From Cyanobacteria bacterium J06592_8 (GTDB lineage Bacteria; Cyanobacteriota; Cyanobacteriia; Cyanobacteriales; Microcoleaceae), in the NCBI GenBank assembly GCA_038530755.1, contig JBCBCI010000021.1:6837-38836 (forward strand): a stretch of DNA of 32,000 nucleotides, written 5' to 3'. The position numbers and the translations under genes were made by a program. Below, in pieces: positions 10,981 through 19,844 of the stretch. Position 1 is the first letter of the stretch. The number at the start of each line of letters is the position of its first letter. The notes below the pieces were generated by a model. It saw nothing but the letters and a program-made list of their open reading frames with translations. It was not told where the DNA came from and ran no database searches.

Positions 10981-11349
10981 TCAAGTAAGAGGTAGAGTAA
11001 TCGTGAAGAGAGTACCTTCTCCCCATCTGGAATTACAGGTAATTGTGCCACTATGTTGTTCGGTTATAATTTGATAACTCATCGATAAGCCAAGTCCAGT
11101 ACCTTGACCAATGAGTTTAGTCGTAAAAAAGGGCTCAAAAATGCGTTCGCGAGTATTTTCACTCATTCCAGAACCATTGTCTGCAATCTGAATTCTCACC
11201 GTTTGCGAGTCTTTTATCTCTGTTGTAATCCGGATTTCTGGAAAGTCTTGCTCTTCAAACGTTCTTAAAACATCAATGGCATTGGTCAGAATTTGTAGGA
11301 ACACTTGATTGAGTTGATTGGCATAACAGTTGAGTGGGGGAAGTTGTCC
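10981..11349 (-). pseudogene. 3' fragment of a histidine kinase gene (HATPase_c domain only, with no HisKA or sensor part)
   Basis: The reading frame is open from about 11380. It encodes GQLPPLNCYANQLNQVFLQILTNAIDVL (N box), DNGSGMSE (G1), FEPFFTTK (F) and GQGTGLGLSMS (G2). Nothing kinase-like lies upstream, because the frame runs into csm2-derived sequence. Confidence 0.7.
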
Positions 11350-11789
11350 ATTAATTGAACTAAGCGTTCAAAATCGTCTTTGCTGTGTACTCGATCAATT
11401 GCTTCTTCCATCACTTTATTTAATGCTTTAACCGCATCCTGTCGTGCGGCGGCGTAAGCCAGCTTGGGTTTAAGCAAAACAACTTCTGTTTCAATCGCAG
11501 AGAAATCATTTCCTACTAATTTGGCTTTCAATTGATTGATGGCATCCAGAAACTTACGAACCTGATTTGTTTCCAGTCGCTGTCGCTTTAGTTCTGGTCC
11601 AAACTGCTGTGCGTGTTTAACTAAATCCCGAATTGGGTAATCTTTCAGACCTCCTTTCAATTCTTTAATTTTATCAACAATCTCTTGGGTAATATCAGAC
11701 TTTGGGTGATTATTTTTGCCTTGATAACTGGATTACTGATTGGGTTTAGATTGATTCTTCTGCACTATTAGCTTAACAGGTTTATTCAT
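11286..11789 (-). pseudogene. csm2: Type III CRISPR small subunit Csm2 (Cas11) remnant with an in-frame stop and 3' truncation/fusion
   Basis: ATG at 11789, then 18 codons (MNKPVKLIVQKNQSKPNQ), then an in-frame TAA at 11733-11735. The same frame continues as SSYQGKNNHPKSDITQEIVDKIKELKGG.... Csm2-like blocks are LETNQVRKFLDAINQL, LKPKLAYAAARQDAVKAL and DDFERLVQLM. The expected C-terminal EALVAY-type helix is replaced after about 11349 by out-of-frame kinase sequence. Confidence 0.6.
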
Positions 11790-11842
11790 TGTTTTATTTT
11801 CAGTTATAATAGCAAACTTATTGAAAAGGTTCTCACCTTCTA

Positions 11843-12400
11843 TTAAGATTGTAATATTTGTTCCACAGTTAACGCTAATTCAGGAAATATCTGAGAAACA
11901 ATTTGTTGATTTCCTTGATATTCTGTCTCCTCGTATAATCCTTCTACTAAAGTTAAAACTGTAACTTTTTGCTCAACTGGATCGACAATCCAATATTCAG
12001 GAATTCCTACCACACTATACTCTGAACGTTTGTAGCGGTAATCTCGTGTTTTTGACTCTGAACTGACAATTTCGACGGCTAACAGTGTAGCTGATTCCAG
12101 AACTGCTGATACATCCCGACGAGTGATTTGATCTCTGGCTATGAGAGAAATATCGGGAATTCTTGAGCGATTAATCGAGGTTCTAACTCCTACATTTCCC
12201 AGTGTAACCCAAGGTAAATTTAATCGACTAATTTCAGCTTCAAAAGCATTGGTTAAATATCGAATAATTAAAGCATGATCAAATGTTGGTGGATTCACAA
12301 TAATTAATTCCCCATCTTCCAATTCATAACGGTTATTCGTACCATCATCATAGTTGAGATAGTCCTCAAATGTTAGTTTTTGTTGAGTCGTTGTGTTCAT
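11843..12400 (-). CDS. Uma2-family (DUF820) putative restriction-endonuclease-like protein
   Basis: 185-aa ORF. It shows a typical Uma2 N-terminus (LTFEDYLNYDDGTNNRYELEDGELIIVNPPTFDHALI) and a PD-(D/E)xK-like core (PDISL ... LAVEIVS). SD gaggt lies upstream of the ATG. Confidence 0.8.
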   Translation of the reverse strand: MNTTTQQKLTFEDYLNYDDGTNNRYELEDGELIIVNPPTFDHALIIRYLTNAFEAEISRLNLPWVTLGNVGVRTSINRSRIPDISLIARDQITRRDVSAVLESATLLAVEIVSSESKTRDYRYKRSEYSVVGIPEYWIVDPVEQKVTVLTLVEGLYEETEYQGNQQIVSQIFPELALTVEQILQS

Positions 12401-12416
12401 GGTGTTAACCTCTGTT

Positions 12417-12979
12417 TTATTGACGATTTAATAATTCTATCCAAGTGGCAATCGCACGGGAATAGGGTGCATTATAAGGGTTTTTCAGGGAAATCCTAAA
12501 CTTTTCATTTTGATCGAGTTGCTTTACAAATGGCAAAACACCGAATAAATCAGGGAAAGTTTCTGGCTTTAGATAATTCTCAATTTGTTCATCTATTGTT
12601 TTATGTTTGCCCGTTCCTAACCATTCATGCCATTTAAAAACCTCACCAAATAATCCTAAACTATCTCCTCTTTGACGATTTGTTTATATTCAGCTAAATC
12701 GGGTGCTTTTTCTATTGGATAGGAAATCAAAGGAGCAGAATCTGCAATCGCATCTACAAGACAATAATACTCTTTGTTGTGACCTTCTCGAAGCTTGACA
12801 AAATCGAACAATAAGCGTAAACAATCTATGTTATTATCTGTCCAAGATAACGTTTCTTTTGCTTTTTCAACTGCTGGATAATTCTTTTCTATATTTCTTG
12901 AGAATTCAGCCTCTGACCAACGTGCTAAAGTTAGTACAGCCTCTCGCATAACTTGTAAAGCAATATCTTCTGATCTCAT
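12417..12979 (-). pseudogene. Unknown gene split by a frameshift: a 107-aa ORF at 12656-12979 plus a start-less 88-codon open frame at 12417-12683
   Basis: The downstream frame (…RGDSLGLFGEVFKWHEWLGTGKHKTIDEQIENYLKPETFPDLFGVLPFVKQLDQNEKFRISLKNPYNAPYSRAIATWIELLNRQ*) has no in-frame ATG, GTG or TTG near its 5' end. It overlaps the end of the upstream ORF by 28 nt. The upstream ORF has a gagga SD. Confidence 0.4.
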
Positions 12980-13030
12980 TCAAATTTTCCTCATTAATAG
13001 ACACAGCTTCTAACTTTCAGTCTTTTCCTC

Positions 13031-13720
13031 TTAAAGATGCTTTCCTAAGCGATCGCACTGGTAGCGACCATTCGCCAAATAATGACCAAAAATGCGATCG
13101 CCTCGATCTCCCCAGACATCACATTCATAGGTAGAATCTTCAAATGGTTTACCTTTGAGTTGTTTAAAATCTAACTTTCTTGGATTCTCTTGTCCATTAG
13201 TCTCTAAGTATCGGCTCAAATCATCTAAACGTTCATTGAGAGTAAAAAGGCGATCGGGTTGCACCCTTTCTACTGAATTTCCAAACTCCGTAGAATAGAC
13301 CAATTTAGAACTCCATGGTAATAAAAGTTCTCGTTCATAATAGTTACTCTTCGCCTGTTTCCAGAGAAGTTTTCCCCATTCTGATAACCCCACAAACTCT
13401 CCATCTCTAAAGAGTAAGGTTTCTGGAATACCTTGACATTGAGAAAGCGGAAGTTGTTGATATTCTAGCTGTCGAAATGTCGTTAAATGTTGTTCAATTA
13501 CACCCGTTGAATCAAGCGTGATCGGTAAGCGAGGAATTCGTAATAATTCTGAACTAAACTGAAAAATATAGACGCATTCATCTGCATAGAACATTCCTAC
13601 AGCTTGTAGAAAACCGTTGACGCTTTTAAAACTGCCTGTCAGGTTAAAAATGACGTTGACCTGTGAATTATTTTGATAATTTTTCAAAGTTGCATCACAC
13701 CATTCTATTAGTTCGGACAT
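13031..13720 (-). CDS. CARF-domain (APE2256/Csx-like) protein with a RelE/YoeB-like C-terminal domain, apparently 5'-truncated
   Basis: 229-aa ORF. The CARF beta4 motif NLTGSFKSVNGFLQAVGMFYADECVYIFQ...LLRIPRLPI occurs only 27 residues from the Met, where about 100 are expected. The C-terminus YECDVWGDRGDRIFGHYLANGRYQCDRLGKHL resembles RelE-family toxin cores. Confidence 0.5.
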   Translation of the reverse strand: MSELIEWCDATLKNYQNNSQVNVIFNLTGSFKSVNGFLQAVGMFYADECVYIFQFSSELLRIPRLPITLDSTGVIEQHLTTFRQLEYQQLPLSQCQGIPETLLFRDGEFVGLSEWGKLLWKQAKSNYYERELLLPWSSKLVYSTEFGNSVERVQPDRLFTLNERLDDLSRYLETNGQENPRKLDFKQLKGKPFEDSTYECDVWGDRGDRIFGHYLANGRYQCDRLGKHL

Positions 13721-13759
13721 CGCTATACGAAATGAGTCAATAGTTTCTCCTAAATGAAG

Positions 13760-14641
13760 TTAATTGTTGCTTTCTTCCTGACGCAATGCTTCAATGGCTT
13801 CAATCGTTAATCCCGTTACAGAAGCGATCGCTTCATTATCTAGTTGACCCAATAAATTTCGAGCCACCTCACGTTTTCCTTGTTCAATGCCTTGTTCAAT
13901 GCCTTGTTCAATGCCTTGTTCAATTCCCAATGCGATCGCGCCTTGCTGATCGTAGATAAACATTTCTCGGCGTTCTAAATCTTCGAGTTCTTCTGGTGTT
14001 AAATCGGCTTGATTGGCGATTTCAAAGGCTTGATGAAGTTCAGGAATATCATCCATATTTTCTGGGATTGAGGTGAGCGATCGCGCATACTTCATAAAGT
14101 AAATCCATTTATCAGTTAGAGTTTCAAGCTGGTTGAGTTCTTTGGTAAATTTCGGTAATTCAATAAAGACCAACTCCATGTCATTCTCTGTGTAGTAGTA
14201 GCCTTCTGTCTTCTCTCGATAAACATAGCGAGAAATCAATTGATCGTGATCGCTAAACATCTCGAAATCCGTAATCGTTAAAGCAATTACAGGTTGAAGA
14301 TATCGATATCCTTGCCCTCTTTGCAGTTGAAACGCATAAGTTTTCGCCGCATTAAACAAAACCCGCTTCCCAAAAGACTTTACGTTCAAAACCTGCATTT
14401 CAATAATGACGATTGTATCATTATTCAGCTTTGCTTTGACATCGAGATAGGTATCTTTCAAGCCTTCAAGTTGAGGCGGTAAGTTGGGATTGACAATTTC
14501 TAAGTCTTCAATCGTTGAATTGCCTTCATAAATCAAAGCATTCAGAAAACTAATCAGAATATCTTTGCTTTCAGTCGAACCAAATATCTTTTTAAAGGCG
14601 TAATCGGTTTTGGGGTTGATAAATCGCATTTTTGTCATCAC
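13760..14641 (-). CDS. Rpn-family recombination-promoting nuclease / putative transposase (PD-(D/E)xK)
   Basis: 293-aa ORF with the hallmark N-terminus MRFINPKTDYAFKKIFGS and the core LDVKAKLNNDTIVIIEMQV. A Gly-Ile-Glu-Gln repeat lies near the C-terminus. Confidence 0.8.
   Translation of the reverse strand: MMTKMRFINPKTDYAFKKIFGSTESKDILISFLNALIYEGNSTIEDLEIVNPNLPPQLEGLKDTYLDVKAKLNNDTIVIIEMQVLNVKSFGKRVLFNAAKTYAFQLQRGQGYRYLQPVIALTITDFEMFSDHDQLISRYVYREKTEGYYYTENDMELVFIELPKFTKELNQLETLTDKWIYFMKYARSLTSIPENMDDIPELHQAFEIANQADLTPEELEDLERREMFIYDQQGAIALGIEQGIEQGIEQGIEQGKREVARNLLGQLDNEAIASVTGLTIEAIEALRQEESNN
13878..13925. repeat. Tandem 12-bp repeat (ccttgttcaatg) x4 inside the Rpn gene, encoding (GIEQ)x4
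   Basis: Read directly from the sequence. The copies are at 13878, 13890, 13902 and 13914, and the last copy ends in t. Confidence 0.9.
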
Positions 14642-14866
14642 ACCTCAGCTTTTTGAATTAATTTTAGCAGACAACAATCTCTAAACTTATTGCCTCAGCC
14701 AGAAGCCTCTGTTGTACTCGAAAGCCACTCTACAATTAAACAAGGATAAAGAAAATACAAAACCCCGACTTACAGAGCCGGGGAGAGAAAACGAGCTTCA
14801 CATCTACCAACACTATAATATCTAGAATATCCTACAGTTGAGAATGTTGATTCTACTGATTTTTAG

Positions 14867-15055
14867 ATAGAGGTTAATTTAATTGAAGAAGCTGGGATAG
14901 AAAGAGAAGCCACAGTTAGAATTACGGTTGATTGGCCAGAGTCTCTGCACAAACGATTGTCAATCTATTGTGCAACATCGGGTAATAAAAAGGCTGAAGT
15001 CGTGAGGGTGTTTTTGGATGAATACCTCTCACAACAAGGAATCAAGGATGATTAA
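14867..15055 (+). CDS. Possible ribbon-helix-helix (CopG/ParG-like) small protein with no canonical start codon
   Basis: This is a 62-codon open frame after a TAG: IEVNLIEEAGIEREATVRITVDWPESLHKRLSIYCATSGNKKAEVVRVFLDEYLSQQGIKDD*. It shows a strand-helix-helix pattern. Only ATA (14867) or ATT (14882) are available as starts, so it may be a 5'-truncated remnant. Confidence 0.3.
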   Translation: MEVNLIEEAGIEREATVRITVDWPESLHKRLSIYCATSGNKKAEVVRVFLDEYLSQQGIKDD

Positions 15056-15185
15056 AGCACTCTGTACAGGTACAGTCTGTCATCTAAAATCTGATTCTGA
15101 ATTTGTGTTCTATTCCAAAAGAGAAAGTAAACCAAGTGATTTCGATATGGGATAAGAATCAAATAATTTCCATACCCGATCCAGA

Positions 15186-15216
15186 CTTTAACCTGTTCTT
15201 AATCTTTGAACAAACC
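15186..15216 (+). promoter_or_regulatory. Pho box (PhoB/SphR-type direct repeats with 11-bp phasing) upstream of ptxA
   Basis: The repeats are tttaacct (15187-15194), gtt, cttaatct (15198-15205), ttg, aacaaacc (15209-15216). The first two match the cyanobacterial consensus PyTTAAPyPy(T/A) and the third is weak. The site lies about 85-110 nt upstream of the ATG at 15300. Confidence 0.5.
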
Positions 15217-15299
15217 CTCTTATGAGAAAATGCCTGTGGTTAAAGCATCTATAACTGGTTGGTATAGGCGTTGGAACTTCCACTTAATCGGCTTGCCAG

Positions 15300-16064
15300 A
15301 TGAATAAGTTTGCGATTGTTAGTCTTGAGCAGGTTGGAGTGACCTACAGTAATGGCATTGTTGCCCTTGAATCCGTATCACTTCAACTGAATCGGGGTGA
15401 GTTTGCCATTGTTCTAGGATCTTCTGGAGCGGGTAAATCAACTTTGCTGCGAACCCTCAATTATCTTCATCCGCCAACTCATGGTCGCGTTGTTGTAGAG
15501 GGAGTTGGAGAGTTAATTCAACCGTCTTCACTCCGTCTGCACCGAAAGCGAACAGGAATGATCTTCCAACAACATCAGTTGATTGAACGTCATTCAGCAC
15601 TGAAAAATGTACTGATGGGTCGATTAGCTTATCATTCCTTTTGGAGGAGTCTACTGCCACTTCCTAAACATGATCAACAGATTGCCTTGGACTGTTTGGA
15701 ACGGGTTAACTTACTCGATAAAGCATTAACTCCAGTGAAATCTCTCAGTGGTGGCCAGCAGCAACGAGTTGGCATTGCTCGTGCATTAGCTCAACAACCG
15801 CAGCTCATGTTAGCGGATGAACCCATTGCGAGCCTTGACCCGGCGAGTGCTCATCAGGTACTGTCTTTGCTCCGTGGTATCTGCAAAACCGATGGCATTG
15901 CAGCCTTACTGAGCTTACATCAAGTGGAATTTGCCAAAAAGTATGGCGATCGCATTATTGGCTTGTCCAACGGTCGTGTGACTTTTGATGGCCCTCCTTC
16001 TGCACTGAACAACCAGCATCTAGATGAAATTTACAGGAGCCAGTCCTTGGCAACCGTGGTGTGA
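15300..16064 (+). CDS. ptxA: Phosphite/phosphonate ABC transporter ATP-binding protein
   Basis: 254-aa ORF. Walker A is GSSGAGKST, the ABC signature is LSGGQQQRVGIARAL and Walker B is LMLADEP. It is the first gene of the cluster that ends in ptxD. Confidence 0.9.
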   Translation: MNKFAIVSLEQVGVTYSNGIVALESVSLQLNRGEFAIVLGSSGAGKSTLLRTLNYLHPPTHGRVVVEGVGELIQPSSLRLHRKRTGMIFQQHQLIERHSALKNVLMGRLAYHSFWRSLLPLPKHDQQIALDCLERVNLLDKALTPVKSLSGGQQQRVGIARALAQQPQLMLADEPIASLDPASAHQVLSLLRGICKTDGIAALLSLHQVEFAKKYGDRIIGLSNGRVTFDGPPSALNNQHLDEIYRSQSLATVV

Positions 16065-16076
16065 ATTTGACTTTGA

Positions 16077-17093
<1,017 letters not shown>

Positions 17094-17215
17094 CTCCCAT
17101 CACTTCGCAGATAAGGGACGAGCGCAGAAATAAAATACCAGTCTTAGAATCCATCTATATTCAATAGAATCACAAGCTGGATTGGTATCTCAATAAACCG
17201 CAAGTCCTTAACCAT

Positions 17216-17243
17216 CCCCTTCTTGCGAAGGGGAGAGCTTTTA
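17216..17243 (+). terminator. Intra-operon stem-loop after ptxB (possible partial terminator or attenuator)
   Basis: The stem is cccctTC ttgc GAagggg (7 bp, 17216-17233), followed by agagctttta. The U-tract is short and offset. Confidence 0.3.
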
Positions 17244-17265
17244 CTAATAGGACAAGGATTTGATC

Positions 17266-18075
17266 ATGACTGTAACTCAGGAACGCTATGCCACAATCCT
17301 GCGCCAACAACAGCGGCAGTGGAAACGTCAACTGATTCGTGTGCTGTTGTTACTGGGGGTGATTCTCCTCTGTCTAGCAGTCGTAGGCTTGTTTGATGTC
17401 GAACGCATGACAGAGGGCATTCCGGCAATCGGCAAACTCCTCTCGGAAATGTTCCCCCCAGATTTTAGTCGCTTTGCGAAGTGGATTACACCGATTATCG
17501 ATACCCTAGCCATGAGTGTGGCAGGCACGGCTATTGCTGTGACATTATCACTGCCTTTGTGTATACTGGCAGCCCAAAATACTACACCCCATCCCATCTT
17601 GTTTCATCTTGCCCGCACCATTTTGAATGTGGCTCGGGCTATCCCTGAACTGATCTTAGGGATGATTTTGGTAGCTGCTGTTGGCTTCGGCAAACTACCT
17701 GGTACACTCGCGCTTGGTCTTCACTCTGTCGGGATGGTTGGAAAATTTTTTGCTGAGTCAATTGAACTCAGTAATCCTGCGCCAGTGGAAGCTGCTCGTG
17801 CAGTTGGAGCCACTGAAGCCCAAGTCATTGTTCACAGCATCTTGCCACAAGTTTTCCCTCAAATGGCTGACGTTACCTTTTATCGTTGGGAATACAACTT
17901 CCGTGCCTCAATGGTTCTCGGAGCTGTAGGAGCTGGGGGTATTGGCTTGGAAATTATTAGCGCCTTACGAATCTTGAAATATCAACAAGTCTCGGCACTC
18001 CTGATTGTTGTCCTCGTGATGGTTACACTTGTCGATGGTTTGAGTAACTATCTTCGTAAAGGGTTTGTGAATTGA
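17266..18075 (+). CDS. ptxC: Phosphite/phosphonate ABC transporter permease (PhnE family)
   Basis: The ATG at 17266 sits 6 nt inside the track start (TTG at 17260). The protein has about 6 TM helices and an EAA-like loop (VEAARAVGATEAQVIVHSILPQV). Confidence 0.85.
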   Translation: MTVTQERYATILRQQQRQWKRQLIRVLLLLGVILLCLAVVGLFDVERMTEGIPAIGKLLSEMFPPDFSRFAKWITPIIDTLAMSVAGTAIAVTLSLPLCILAAQNTTPHPILFHLARTILNVARAIPELILGMILVAAVGFGKLPGTLALGLHSVGMVGKFFAESIELSNPAPVEAARAVGATEAQVIVHSILPQVFPQMADVTFYRWEYNFRASMVLGAVGAGGIGLEIISALRILKYQQVSALLIVVLVMVTLVDGLSNYLRKGFVN

Positions 18076-18151
18076 CCTCCTCCCCTTCACCATAATCCAT
18101 CTCCGTCCTTAAGTCCGGAGTTTCCCGAAAAATTCGATCAGCAGCGTCCCT

Positions 18152-19147
18152 ATGCGTCCCAAAGTTGTACTCACCCATTGGGTTCATGAGAAAATCATTG
18201 AGTTTCTCAGCGAAACTTGTGAAGTTGTTCCCAACCCGACTCGCGAAACCTTGCCCAGAGATGAAATTTGTCGCCGTGCAAAAGATGCAGATGGGTTGAT
18301 GGTCTTTATGCCCGATTCAGTTGATGAAGCATTCCTTGATGATTGTCCTTGTTTGAAGGTCATTGCAGGAGCCTTGCGGGGTTATGACAACTTTGATGTT
18401 GCAGCCTGTCGCGATCGCCAGATCTGGTTCACAATTGTACCGGATCTATTAGCGGCTCCAACTGCTGAACTCACAATGGGTCTTCTCATTGGTTTAGCTC
18501 GCCGCCTCATCGAAGGTGATGCACTCATTCGACAAGGTCAATTTTCAGGTTGGCGGCCCATCCTTTACAGTACGGGGCTGTTGCATAAAACCCTTGGCAT
18601 TGTGGGTATGGGAAAACTAGGACGTGCCCTGGTTCAGCGACTGCAAGGTTTTGAGATGCAGTTGTTGTATACAGACCCTATCCCCCTCCCGACTGAATTA
18701 GAAAAAGCATGGCAAATTGAGGCGGTTACTTTAGCGCAGCTTTTAGAAACCAGCGATTATGTGGTATTGTTAGTGCCGCTGCAACCCAATACATTCCATT
18801 TGTTTAATGACGAGACAATAGCCCAGATGAAGCCAGGTAGTATTTTGATTAATCCTTGTCGGGGTTCTGTTGTAGATGAAAAAGCTGTTGCTGATGCTTT
18901 AGCCCAAGGTCATCTCGCTGGCTACGCGGCAGATGTGTTTGAAATGGAAGACTGGGCGCGTCGCGATCGTCCGACCAGCATTGAGTCACGATTAGTACAG
19001 AATCGGAATCAAACATTCTTTACTCCCCATTTAGGCTCCGCTGTTGAAGAAATACGATTTGAGATTGCCATGGAAGCGGCTGTGAATCTGGTACAGGCTC
19101 TACAGGGAAATATGCCCCAGGGTGCTGTGAATCAATTAAATGAGTAA
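18152..19147 (+). CDS. ptxD: NAD-dependent phosphite dehydrogenase
   Basis: 331-aa D-2-hydroxyacid dehydrogenase fold. It carries blocks I recall from Pseudomonas stutzeri PtxD: [33 protein letters not shown] (catalytic His) and the NAD loop GIVGMGKLG. Its position after ptxABC supports the call. Confidence 0.85.
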   Translation: MRPKVVLTHWVHEKIIEFLSETCEVVPNPTRETLPRDEICRRAKDADGLMVFMPDSVDEAFLDDCPCLKVIAGALRGYDNFDVAACRDRQIWFTIVPDLLAAPTAELTMGLLIGLARRLIEGDALIRQGQFSGWRPILYSTGLLHKTLGIVGMGKLGRALVQRLQGFEMQLLYTDPIPLPTELEKAWQIEAVTLAQLLETSDYVVLLVPLQPNTFHLFNDETIAQMKPGSILINPCRGSVVDEKAVADALAQGHLAGYAADVFEMEDWARRDRPTSIESRLVQNRNQTFFTPHLGSAVEEIRFEIAMEAAVNLVQALQGNMPQGAVNQLNE

Positions 19148-19155
19148 GGTAGTTA

Positions 19156-19797
19156 ATGAACTCACTTGAATTGACCGTTAAAAAGCAATATGATGACTTA
19201 GCTCCTGTTTATGATCAGCGTTGGAGTCGATACATTTCTGATACCTTACTCTTTTTCAGAGAATGGCTCAACATTTCTCCCTCAGCAACTGTTCTCGATG
19301 TGGCGTGCGGCACAGGAGAATTAGAGCGTTTATTACTTGAGCAGTATCCCAGTCTATATATTGTGGGTGTTGATATCTCTGAACAGATGCTCGTACAAGC
19401 TCGGCAAAAATTAACAGGTTACACAAATGTATCGTTTGAGAATACAACTGCCTCTAGCTTACCCTTTTCAGATGAGTCTTTTGACGTCGTTATTTCTGCT
19501 AATTCATTTCACTATTTCTCAGACCCAGAGAAGGTGCTAACTGAAATGAGACGAGTCTTGAAACCCGGTGGAACAATTGCAATTCTAGACTGGTGCAAAG
19601 ATTTTTGGCTGTGCCGAGTCTGTGATTGGGTTCTGAAAATTCTAGATCCGGCTCATCAGCAGTGCTATACAGAAGCAGAGCTTCATGCTTTTCTCAAGAC
19701 ATCTGGATTTCATGTCTGTCGATCTCAGCGGGTGCGATTTGGTCTGCTCTGGGGACTCATGGCAGTAAGCTGTCGAGCATCTGAACCCAATAATTGA
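19156..19797 (+). CDS. Class I SAM-dependent methyltransferase (Methyltransf_11/UbiE-like)
   Basis: 213-aa ORF. Motif I is VLDVACGTGEL and the post-I/II region is VGVDISEQML ... FDVVISANSFHY. It starts 8 nt after the ptxD stop. Confidence 0.8.
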   Translation: MNSLELTVKKQYDDLAPVYDQRWSRYISDTLLFFREWLNISPSATVLDVACGTGELERLLLEQYPSLYIVGVDISEQMLVQARQKLTGYTNVSFENTTASSLPFSDESFDVVISANSFHYFSDPEKVLTEMRRVLKPGGTIAILDWCKDFWLCRVCDWVLKILDPAHQQCYTEAELHAFLKTSGFHVCRSQRVRFGLLWGLMAVSCRASEPNN

Positions 19798-19844
19798 CTA
19801 AGTACCTGTGCAAAATATTTAATATAACTTCAGTTTTGAGAGTG

